64,000 nt of DNA, taken from NCBI RefSeq assembly GCF_036971445.1, contig NC_091471.1:234980001-235044000 (forward strand), read 5' to 3'. Positions 11,903 to 21,895 of the stretch are shown piece after piece (within the stretch, counting starts at the first letter, position 1; each line of letters starts with the position of its first letter). This DNA is from Narcine bancroftii. Lineage: Eukaryota. The position numbers and the translations under genes are program-made. Below the pieces are notes generated by a model, which was not told where the DNA came from, ran no database searches, and worked only from the letters and a program-made list of their open reading frames with translations.

Positions 11903-12433
11903 TGTGAAATATAAAGTGTTCACAATCACTACTCTGGAGAAAAAGTCTTGGAGAACAGGTTCAGCTTTATTTCGGGTCTGTAGAGCCGGGTGTCCCTTGT
12001 CTGGAGACACACCGGAGGTTCATAATCATCACTCTTTTGTACAGTCCTGCGTTCAACATCACCTCACCTTCATTTACCTTCTTCCAATCAGAATCCCAAT
12101 ACATTACAACCTTTTCCATTCTCTCCCATCAATACAGATATCATTCAGTCCCTCCCTCATCATACATTGCATGTTATGTTAATTAGTTCATTCCCTCCTT
12201 AGGGGTGTCTAAGTTAACATTCATGTCTCTCTATTAAGCAAGTGTAGTACTAGCTATGGAATACCCTAAGTCGTGGTGCCAGCCTGAACCAGATCCTTGC
12301 ATCCTTGAGGCTCCTGATCAGAAGAGGCCCACTAATTAGTACTGTCTGTTTTTCAAGCTCTAATCTACATTCTTTACATTCCATCCCATTTTAAGAATGG
12401 TGCGAGTTTAATAATTTTCAGCCAATTTTCACA
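11903..12433 (-). repeat. ERV 5' LTR
   Basis: TGTGAAA...TTTCACA inverted termini, direct repeat of 5994-6524, followed by GGGG and the resumed host minisatellite. Confidence 0.95.
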
Positions 12434-15400
12434 GGGGGATCACAGTTTGGGAACTGATCCAGGAGTTTGGTGGTGGGGGGAGGGGGGTTTATATATAGAA
12501 TAACAGATCGCCGATAGGAGGTCACTGGCTTGGGTCTGATTCACGGGTTCGGGAGGATAACATATAGAATAACAGATCACCAGGAGTGGGTCACAGTCTG
12601 GGGTCAGATCTAGGGGTTCAAGGGGATTTATATATAGAATAACAGATCCCTGGGAAGATGTCACAGGCGGGGTTCTGATCCAGGGGTTCAGGGAGTTTAT
12701 ATAATAGAATAACAAAACCCGGGAGGGGTTCACAAGCTGGGATCTGATCCAGGGGTTCGGGGGGGGGGGTTATATATAGATTTATGGATCCCCGGGAGTG
12801 AGTCACAGTCTGGGATCTGATGCAGGGCTTCAGGGGGGTTTAGATATAGAATAACAGATCCCCGGAGGGGTTCACAGGCTGGGGACTGATCCAGGGGTTC
12901 AGTTGGTTTATATATAGAATAAAAGATCCCTGAGTGGGGGTGACAGGCTTGGGTCTGATCCACGAGTTCTGCAGAATAACATAGAGAATAATAGATCCTC
13001 GGGAGGCGGTCACAGGCTGGGATCTGATCCAGGGGTTCAGGCAGTTTATATATATATAGAATAACATCTCCAGGAGGGGGTCACAGGCTGGGGCCTGATC
13101 CAGGGGTTCTGGGAGTTTATATGTAGAATAACAAAACCCGGGAGGGGTTCATAGGCTGGGATCTGTTCCAGGGGTTGGGTGGGTTTATATATAGAGTAAC
13201 AGATCCCCGGGAGGGGGGGGTCACAGGCTGGGGTCTGATCCAGGTGTTCAGGGGGTTTATATATAGAATAACAGATCCCCAGGAGGGGGTTCCATGTTGG
13301 GGTCTGATTCAGGGGTTCAGAGGGGTTTATATATAGAATATCAGTTCCCCAGGAGTGGGTAACAGGTTGGAGTCTGATCTAGGTGTTCTGATAGATTATA
13401 TAGAGAATAACATATCCCCGGGCGTGGGTCACAGGCTGGTGTCTGATCCAGGGGTTTTGGGGTGTTTATATATTGAATACAGATCACTGGGAGTGGGTCA
13501 CTGACTGGGATCTCATCCAATGGTTAGGGGTGGTTTATATATCGAATAACCCCGGGAGGGGGGGTCACAGGCTGGTGACAGATCCAGGGTTTCAGATGGG
13601 TTTATATATAGAACAAAAGATCCCTGGGTGGGGTTCCCAGGCTGGGGTCTGATCCAGGGGTTTGGGGGATTTATATAGAGAATAACAGTTTTCTGGGTGG
13701 GGTCACAGTCTGGGCTCTGATCCAGGGGTTCATGGGGTTTATATAGAAAACAAAAGAACCCGGAGAGTGGGTCACAGGCTGGGGTCTGGTCCAGGGGTTT
13801 GAGGGGATTATATATAGAATACCTGTTCCCTGGTTGGAGGGTTACAGGCTGGGGTCTGGTCCAGGGGTTTGAGGGGATTATATATAGAATACCTGTTCCC
13901 TGGTTGGAGGGTCGTTGGAGGGTCACAGGCTGGGGTCTGATCCAGGTGTCCAGATTCCCGGGAGTGGGTCACAGGTTGGGATTTGATCTAGGGGTTGGGT
14001 GGGTTTATATAGAAAAACATATCCCCGGGAGCGGGTCACAGGCTGGAGTCTGATCCAGGGATTCAGTGGGTTTATATATAAAACAAATCCCCGGATGGGG
14101 TTGACAGGCTGGGGTCTGATCCACAGGTCAGGGGGATTACATATCGAATAACAGATCCCTGGGTGAGGGTCACAGGCTGGGGTCTAATCCAGGGCATCAG
14201 AGATTTTATCTACAGAATAACAAAACCTGGGAGGTGTTCACCAGCTGGGATCTGATCCAGGGGTTTGGGGGGGGGTGGGTGGGGTGGGTGTTACATATAG
14301 AGCACCAGATCCCCGGGAGTAGGTAACAGGTTGGGGCTCATCCAGTGATTTGAGGGGGTTTATACAAAGAATAACAGATCCCCAGGAGTGGGTCACAGCT
14401 GGGATCTGAATCAGGGGTTTATGGGGGGTTATATATAGAATAACAGATCCCCAGGAGGGTTCACAGGCTGGGGTCTGATCCAGGGGTTCAGTGTGTTTAT
14501 TATATAGAATAAAAGATCCCCAGGAGGAGGTCACAGGCTAAGGTCTGATCCAGGGGTTCGGTTGGTTTATATATAAAATAACAGATCCCTGAGTGGGGTT
14601 GACGGGCTGCGGTCTGATCCACAGGTCAGGGGGATTACATATAGAATAACAGATCCTTGGGAGGGGGTCACAGGCTGGGGTCTGATCCAAGGGTTCGGGG
14701 GGGTTTAATATTGAATTGCATATTCCCAGGTGGGGGTCACAGGCTGGGGTCTGATCCAGGTGTTCAGTGGGTTTATGTACAGAATAACAGATCGCAGATG
14801 AGGGTCACAGCCTGGCATGTGTTCAGAGGTTCTGGGCATTTATATTTTGAAGAACAGATCCCCAGGTGGGGGTGACAGTCTGGGGTCATATCCAGGGGTT
14901 CAGGGGGGGTTTATGTATAGAATAACAGACCACGGGTGTGGGTGACAAACTGGGATTTGATCCAGGAGTTCAGGGGAATTATATCTAGAATAATGGATCC
15001 TTGGGAGGGGGTCACAGGCTGGGGTCTGATCTCAGTGTTCGGGGGGGGGTTATATATAGAATTATGGATCCCAGGGTGTGGGTCACAGTCTGCGATCTGA
15101 TCCAGGGGTTCATATATAAAATAGGACATCCCTGGGACAGGGGTCTCAGGTTGGGGTCAGATGCAGCGGTTCAGGAGGTTTATTAATAAAATAACAGATC
15201 CCCAGGTGGGGGTCACGGGCTGGGGTCTGATCCAGGGGGTCGGGGGGGTTGAAATATAGAATAACAAATCCCTGGATGGGGGTCACCTGCTGATGTCTGA
15301 TCCAGGGGGTCGGGGGAGGGGTTTATATATAGAATTACTGATCCCTGGGAGCGGGTCACAAGCTGGGATCTGATCCAGGGGTTCAGGGGGGATGCTATAT

Positions 15401-15866
15401 AGAATAACAGATTTCCAGGAGTGGGTCACAGGCTGGGGTCTGATCCAGGGGTTTGGTGGATTTATATATATAGAACCACAGATTCCCAGAAGGGGGTCAC
15501 AGACTGGTGTCTGATCCAGGGGTTCGGGGGGTTTTATATATACAATAACATCCCCAGGAGGGGGAAATCACAGTTTGGGAACTGATCTAGGCGTTCGGGG
15601 GGTCTATATATAGAAACACAGATATCCAGGAGTGGGTCACAGGCTGGGGTCTGATCCAGGGGTTCGGGGTGTTTATATACAGAATAACAGATCCCGGGAT
15701 TGGGTCACATGCTATGGTTTGATCCAGGGGTTCAGAGGGCGGGGGGGGGGGTTTATATAAAGAACATATACCCGGGAGTGGGTCACAGGCTGAGATCTGA
15801 TCCAGAGGTTCGGTGGGGTTTATATATAGAATAACTGATCCCCCAGAATGAATCACAGTCTGATCA
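12434..15866. repeat. ~59-bp minisatellite, right arm
   Basis: Same unit as 3870-5993, resuming in register after the LTR and running up to the exon 3 acceptor. Confidence 0.92.
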
Positions 15867-15883
15867 GAACTTTTATTTTGTAG

Positions 15884-15970
15884 CTCATTTTCTTGCCGCA
15901 GCTGTGATTAACTTTGGATTTAAAGCACATGAGATCATTACGATGGAGACGAATCATTTCACAAATAACA
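15884..15970 (+). CDS. IZUMO1: IZUMO1-like coding exon 3 (87 nt, HFLAAAVINFGFKAHEIITMETNHFTNN)
   Basis: TTTTATTTTGTAG acceptor, A|GTGAGA donor, phase 1-1, open frame. A unique-sequence island between repeats; length matches the 28-residue helix DLFVKELFW...FQKE of human IZUMO1. Confidence 0.72.
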
Positions 15971-15989
15971 GTGAGACATGGCAATTTAA

Positions 15990-16212
15990 ATAATCCAAGC
16001 CTCCCCTCCCCAGGGCCAGGAGTGAGTGAGCCACACTGTTGGAGGGAGATGTATATACTCTGGGACCAGTGCCCATAATCCAGGCCCACCCTCCCCGGGA
16101 CTGGGACTGAGAGAGCCGCACTGTCGGGGGGAGATGTATATACTCCGGGACCGGGGCCCATAATCCAGGCCCAACCTCCCCGGGGTTGGGACTGAGGGAG
16201 CCACACTGTCAG
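15990..16212 (-). repeat. SINE-derived-looking ~80-bp tandem repeat (GACAGTGCGGCTCCCTCAGT...GGCCTGGATTATGGGCCC)
   Basis: Same family on + at 18170-18420 and 62885-63240. Confidence 0.7.
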
Positions 16213-16271
16213 GTGTGGAAGTAAAGGTATAGATTTGGGTCTTTATAGTCTTCTCTCTCTCTCTCTTCCAG

Positions 16272-16292
16272 TTGAGTGCAGCAATAGTTGTG
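16272..16292 (+). CDS. IZUMO1: IZUMO1-like coding exon 4 (21-nt microexon, ECSNSC)
   Basis: CT-tract-CCAG acceptor, G|GTGAGT donor. CxxxC corresponds to human YCPNKCG. Confidence 0.85.
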
Positions 16293-17116
16293 GTGAGTTT
16301 GTCTCTTCTGATCGAGGGGTTAGAGATAGGGAGGGGAATTTGACAGGGGGACGGGGAGTGGGTCTCAGAGACAGGGAGGGGGGTTTGAACAGGGGGCGAG
16401 GAGTGGGGTGGGTCAGAGAGACAGGGAGGGGTGTTTGAACAGGGGGATGGGGAGTGGAGGGGGTTACAGAGATAGGGAGGGGGGGTTTGAATAGGGGCGG
16501 GGAGTGACGGAGGGGGGTTTGAACAGGGGGTCAGGGAGTGGAGGGTGACAGAGACGGAGTGGGGTTTGAACAGGGAGTCGGGGAGTGGAGGGGGTCAGAG
16601 ACAGGGAGGGGGGGTTTGATCAGGGGACGAGGGTGGAGGGGGTGAGAGAAAGGGAGGGGGTTTTGAACAGGGGGTTATGGAGACAGTGAGGGGGATTTGT
16701 AGAGGAGGTCGGGGAGTGGAGAGGTTACGGAGACAGGGAGGGGGGTTTAAACAGGAAGTGGAGGGGGATTTAATGGCCACTTGCCTTTCCTCAGTGCATC
16801 TCTCTCTCTCTTCCCCTCCCTCCTCTCTCTACACCTTTCCCCTTACCCTCTCTCCTCCACCTCCTCCTGTCTCCCTCTTCCATCGCTCTCCCTCACCCCT
16901 CCTTCCTCTCTCCTCCTACACTTTCCCCCAATATCTCGCCCTCCTCTCTCCCTCCACCTCCCCTTCCACTCTCTTCCCCTCCCCAACCTCCTCTCCTCCA
17001 CACTCTCCCCCTCCCATCTCTCTTCCAGCACCTCCTCTCCCCCCCCCCCCTTCCCTCACCTCTCGATACTCTTTCCTCCCCCTCTTTGCCCTCTCCCGTC
17101 CCCAACCGCCACACAG

Positions 17117-17197
17117 GGAACTTCACCTTGTTGTTTCGTCAATGTATCGACTGTCACCCCTTATTTATCAGCTGCATGATGGGGATCCGGTGTGGAG
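17117..17197 (+). CDS. IZUMO1: IZUMO1-like coding exon 5 (81 nt, NFTLLFRQCIDCHPLFISCMMGIRCG)
   Basis: ACAG acceptor, G|GTAGGG donor. C-x2-C-x6-C-x5-C spacing matches the IZUMO1 hinge ([17 protein letters not shown]). Confidence 0.88.
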
Positions 17198-17689
17198 GTA
17201 GGGGTGAACGGGGAGGGGTGGAGGGGCAGTTGGGAGGATTAAGTGGGAGTAGAGAGTGACGGAGGGAAAGAGAGGGGGAAAACTCATGACCTTCTGACCA
17301 CCGTTTCCCCAACTCTGGGTAAAACCTTCCCAGTGACACCCCCACCCCCCGCACCGACCCGTCCCTCTCCAGGTTCTGTACACCTCCATGAGATCGCCCC
17401 TCAACCTCCTGCGCTCTGCGGGACAAAGCCCCAGCCGGCTCCACCCTGCAGCTCAGGCCCCTCCTCGAGTCCCGGCAACGTCCTCACTGATCCCCTCTGA
17501 ACCTCTCCAGCTCAATGTACATCGATCCCACGGCCGGGTGACCAGAACCGAATCCAATTCTCCAAACGGGGCCTCACAAGAACAACAGGAACTCTCAACT
17601 TCACGACTCACTGCTCTGACTGCTGAAGGCCTATTTGACCACCCAATCTACCTGTGACTCCATTATCAAGTTACAACGTATGGGTATCC

Positions 17690-17885
17690 TTCTGCTCCCC
17701 CTCACTCCCCCAGATCCCTCCGCTCCACTGCACTCCCCTGATCCCTCCGCTCCACTGCACTCCCCTGATCCCTCCCTCCACTGCACTCCCCTGATCCCTC
17801 CCTCCACTGCACTCCCTCAGATCCCTCTGCTCCACTGCACTCCCCTGATCCCTCCACTCCACCCCACTCCCCCAGATCCCTCTGG
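17690..17885 (-). repeat. Short array of the 27-bp GGAGCAGAGGGATC family (inverted)
   Basis: CCCTGATCCCTCCGCTCCACTGCACTCC units are the reverse complement of the 34140-46225 unit. Confidence 0.8.
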
Positions 17886-18021
17886 GCAGCTACATTCCCC
17901 GTTTGCTTGTGTATCAGTTTGTGGGCTTAGTTGGACCAAGAGTAGAAGAAGGGGACAAGCTAAAGGAGAGGATTTGGAAGGTCCCAGCTGCCACCTCCAA
18001 CCTCGACCTCTTGGTATGCAG

Positions 18022-18131
18022 CTACCGATTTGATGGTGGGAGAGAACGACGAGTTATCTCTGGATTGTTTCCAGACCTGGCACAAGATCACCAGCAACTT
18101 CAAGTCGTACATCTTCTCCCAAGCGCCTTTG
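18022..18131 (+). CDS. IZUMO1: IZUMO1-like coding exon 6 (Ig domain N-half, TDLMVGENDELSLDCFQTWHKITSNFKSYIFSQAPL)
   Basis: GCAG acceptor, TTG|GTAGGT donor. LDCxxxWH motif as in human MILDCELNWH. Confidence 0.88.
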
Positions 18132-18431
18132 GTAGGTGGAAGCTCCCGATCAATCCCACACCCACCATCTGTGCCAGTGTATATACATCTGCCCCCGACA
18201 GTTCGGCTCCCTCAGTCTCGGCCCCAGGGAGGGTGGGCCTGGATAATGGGCCCCAGTCCGGAGTATGTACATCTCCCCAACAGTGCGGCTCCCTCAGTTC
18301 CGGCCCCGGGGAAGGAGGACCTGGATTATGGGCCTCGGCCCCAGAGTATATACATCTCCCCCCCGACAGTGAGGCTCCCTCAGCCCCAGCACCGGGGTGG
18401 GTGGGCCTGGATTATGGGTTTGTCTCTGCAG

Positions 18432-18588
18432 GGTAGCCGGAATGAATGGCAGTTTCAGAAGATCGCGGAGACCCATGAATCGAGCCTGGAAATTCTCCAG
18501 GTTAGCAAGGAACATGAGAAAACCTACCAGTGCGTAGTCATGGGCAACGAAGGAAGACCAATTGCTAAAATCCTCTACAATGTCCGTG
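18432..18588 (+). CDS. IZUMO1: IZUMO1-like coding exon 7 (Ig domain C-half, ...EHEKTYQCVVMGNEGRPIAKILYNVR)
   Basis: TCTCTGCAG acceptor, G|GTTCGT donor, YxC F-strand motif. Confidence 0.85.
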
Positions 18589-18912
18589 GTTCGTTTGTTC
18601 CTGATGTCTTAGACGGGAAGTGGAGGGGGGGGGGGGTTTGAACAGTGGGACAGGGAGGGGGGATTTGAACAGGTGGACGGAGAGCGGAGGGAGTTACAGG
18701 GACATCGAGGGGGTTTGAACAGGGGGACGAGGAGTGGAGGAGGTTGCAGAGACTGGGAAGGGGGTTTGAACAGGGGAATGGGGAGTGGAGGGGGTTACAG
18801 AGACAGGGAGGGGGGTTTGAACAGGGGGATGGGGAGTGGAGGAATTTACAGAGTCAGGGAGGGGAGAGTTAGCCTCACCACTGACTCCGGCTTCTCCCTC
18901 TCTCCTTCACAG

Positions 18913-19099
18913 TTGTACCCTTAGTGTCTATTCCGACAGAGCAAGGACACACACTCCCACCCCCAGATGTGGAAGAGGGGCTGGTGGTGGAGACCCCCCC
19001 TCCCTCCCAGTTTGGCAATGCACTGGCCCTGGACCTTATCTCATTCATTGCCCTAGCACTGTTCGGGATGGGACTGCTCTCTCTCGGGGGGCTGCTATG
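18913..19099 (+). CDS. IZUMO1: IZUMO1-like coding exon 8 (Pro-rich stalk and TM LISFIALALFGMGLLSLGGLL)
   Basis: CCTTCACAG acceptor, TG|GTGAGT donor, phase 1-2, open frame, ~21-residue hydrophobic helix. Confidence 0.82.
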
Positions 19100-19502
19100 G
19101 TGAGTGAAGGGCGGGAGGGTGTGGAAGGGGCTGGGAGGGGGGGTGTGTGTCAGTGCGTTGGGTGGTCAACTGCCTGCACTCCACAGTTAACAGTGTCTCC
19201 CCTCCTCTTTCTTCCACTCTCCATCACCCTCTCACCTCTATCCCTTCTCCTTCTCTCCTCCTCCCACTTCCCCTCTATCATCCTCTCTACCCCTCTCCCC
19301 TTCTCTCACCACCTCTATCTACCCCTCTCTCTCCCCCCACACCTCATGCTCCCCACTCTCCCGTCCCTCCTCTCTCCCTCTCTTTCTCATGCTCCCCCAC
19401 TCTATCTTCCTCCCTTCTGTCCCTCCTCTCTCCTACTCCCTCTCCCTCTCGCACATCTCTCCCCCCCTCCCTCCTCCCTCACCCTGTCCCCTGGGACCCC
19501 AG

Positions 19503-19566
19503 TTACACCACCATCCAGTGGCAGAGGAAGAAGACGGATGATGAGGCTGCAGGACCTTTCAAATAA
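19503..19566 (+). CDS. IZUMO1: IZUMO1-like last coding exon (CYTTIQWQRKKTDDEAAGPFK*)
   Basis: CCCCAG acceptor in phase 2, basic RKK after the TM, TAA stop. The nine exons total 984 nt = 327 aa plus stop. Confidence 0.75.
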
Positions 19567-19754
19567 TTGTCTACCTCCCGGTGCCTTCGCTGGTGTCAAG
19601 GTCCATGAACCAGTGTGGGACAGGGGCAGGAGTTGTCTGTGCAATTCACTTTAATAATTCCTCCCAAATATATCGTTTTTAACAAAACCTTACGGCTCAG
19701 GTCTTCGTTCACTTGCAGCATGGCAACGCCTGGTCCTGATCTGTAACCTGAGAC

Positions 19755-20130
19755 AAAGAGTGAAACTCCCTCTGCCCCTGTCCTGTCATAAACTCCCAAG
19801 GTGGGACATGAATGAAGCCCCCACAACCCCGTCCCGTCACACACTGCTGTGGTGGGATACAGAGTGAAGTCCCGTCTCCCCCATCCCCGTCACACACTCC
19901 CATGGTAGGACACAGAGTAAAGCTCCCTCTGCCCCGTCCCATTACACACTCCCGGGTTGGGACACAAATTGAAGCCCCCTCTCCCTTGTCCCATCACACA
20001 TTCCCGGCGTGGGACACAAATTGAAGCCCCTTCTCGCCCATCCCGTCACACACTCCTGGGGAGGGACACAGAGTGAAGCTCCCTCTCCCCCTGTCCCGTC
20101 ACACATTCCTAGGATGGGACACAGAGTTAA
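19755..20130. repeat. ~50-bp tandem repeat (GGGACACAGAGTGAAGC...CCCGTCACACACTCC)
   Basis: About 7 copies; same family as 77-213. Confidence 0.8.
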
Positions 20131-20499
20131 GTTCCCTTTCCCAACCTCCAGCATCCCAGGAACTTTGTCCGGGTCTGTGCGAAGACTTCTCCCTTGCATT
20201 GTGCGCAATCTGAGCCCTTCACATGTCCCAGATTCCAGGAATGCCACGTAACAGGTCTCAGAGCACGCTGTGCCAATTTCCCTCCACTACGCACTGACAC
20301 TCCTTACTTTAGCAGCGCCAGGAGCCTCCCACTCTCCCTGCACGGTTCCAGACCCTGTCTCTTTCCACAGACCCTTCTCGTGTGTCTTCCTTGGATCCAC
20401 TCCAGTCATTCTTCCTTTAATGAGTTCTGCAGAGCTGTAAGGAAAGGCACCACCTCTGAGAGGGCAGGTCTGAGGGAAAGGTTCACCGTTGCCATCTAA

Positions 20500-21250
20500 G
20501 GATTCCTTATCTCCCCACTATTCACCATGTCGATCCCCAAACCCCGAGGTCTCTCTGTTCTACTACGCACTCCACCGTTGACAGTGTCAATCTCTGTACC
20601 CCGAGGTGTCTCTGTTCTGCAACGCTTCCCACCGTTCACCGTGTTAGTCCCTGTACCCTGATGTCTCTCTGTTCTGCAACACTTCCCACTGTTCACCGTA
20701 TCGATCCCCGTACCCCGAGGTCTTTCTGTTCTACAACACTCCCCACCGTTCACCATGTGGGTCACCCTACCTCGAGGTCTCCCTGTACTGCCATACACCC
20801 CACCCTACACCGTGTCGTCCCCAATACCCAAAGGACTCTCTGTTCTACAACACTCCCCACCTTTCAATGTGTCGGTCCCCGTACCCTGAGGTCCTTCTGT
20901 TCTACACCACTCCCCACCATTCACCTTGTCAATTACCGTACCCCGAGGTCTCCCTGTACTGCCATACTCCCCACCCTACACCGTGTCAGCCCCAATACCC
21001 AGAGGTCTCTCTGTTCTACACCACTCCCCACCGTTCACCGTGTCAGTCCCCGTACCCTGAGGTCCTTCAGTTCTACAACACTCCCCACCGTTCACAGTGT
21101 CGGTCACCGTACCCCGAGGTCTCCCTGTACTGCCATACACTCCCCACCCTACACTGTGTGAGCCCCAATACCCAGAGGTCTCTCTGTTGTACAACACACC
21201 CCACTGTTCACCGTCTCGGTCCCCATACCCTGAGGTCCTTCTGTTCTTCC
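20500..21250 (-). repeat. ~53-bp tandem repeat, CR1-derived (minus unit ACGGTGAACGGTGGGGAGTGTTGTAGAACAGAGAGACCTCGGGGTAC)
   Basis: About 14 copies, contiguous with a minus-strand CR1 fragment at the homologous position. Confidence 0.8.
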
Positions 21251-21895
21251 ACACTGTTGAGGATCATACCAATAACCCCATTCTCTGCCTTCCAAAATAC
21301 ATCATTTCACACGTATCCAGACTGAAATCCATCTGCCACTTCTCCTTCCAACTCTGCATCCATTCTAACCAGGGTAGGATGTACCCTGTTCCACAACCTT
21401 TGTAAGGCACCAAGGCATCTGGGAATACAGATGGATAATTCCCTGAAAGTGACATCGCAGCTGGGTAGGGTTGTGAAGTGAGCTTTTGACATATTGGCCT
21501 TCATCAATCAAAGAATTTAGCATGGGAGTTGGGATGATGTGGTAAAGTTGTACAAGACATTGGTGAGGCCAAATTTGGAGAATTGTGTGGAGTTCTGGTC
21601 ACCGAACTACAGGAAGGATATCAATAAGATTGAAAGAGTGCAGAGAAGATTTACTAGGATGTGGCCCAGACTCGAGGGCAAGGTTAAATAGGTTAGGACT
21701 ATATTCCCTGGAGTGTTGGAGAATGGGGGTAGATTTGAAAGAGGTATATAGATGGAGTAAATGTAGGTCAGCTTTTTCCACTGAGGTTGGGTAAGATCCA
21801 AACCAGAGGACATGGGTTAGGGGTGAAAGGGAGATGTTAAAGGAGAACATTAGGGGGAACCTTCATGCAGAGTGGTGGGAGTTTGGAACGAGCAT
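21240..21895. mobile_element. CR1 LINE ORF2 3' fragments (about 21240-21400 on -, 21400-21895 on +)
   Basis: EKWQMDFS on -; LYKTLVRPNLENCVEFWSPNYRKDINKIERVQRRFTRM on +. Confidence 0.85.

Larger units (their letters stand above)
5994..12433 (-). mobile_element. Defective class I (gamma/epsilon-like) endogenous retrovirus: LTR-PBS-gag-pro-(RT deleted)-RNaseH-IN-env remnant-PPT-LTR
   Basis: Paired 531-bp LTRs, tRNA-Pro PBS, PPT and GGGG 4-bp flanking duplication. Gag zinc knuckle, DSG protease, RNase H, DDE integrase and Env CWVC motifs occur in retroviral order. Confidence 0.95.

Noticed and set aside
3870-15866. Regularly spaced repeats superficially like a CRISPR array
   Set aside because: No unique spacers, degenerate contiguous units, no cas genes, and a vertebrate spliced-gene context.
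2870-19566. Calling the gene SPACA6
   Set aside because: Hinge spacing is C-x2-C-x6-C-x5-C, LDCxxxWH is present, and the extra SPACA6 helical Cys pair is absent; IZUMO1-type fits better, although orthology is unproven.
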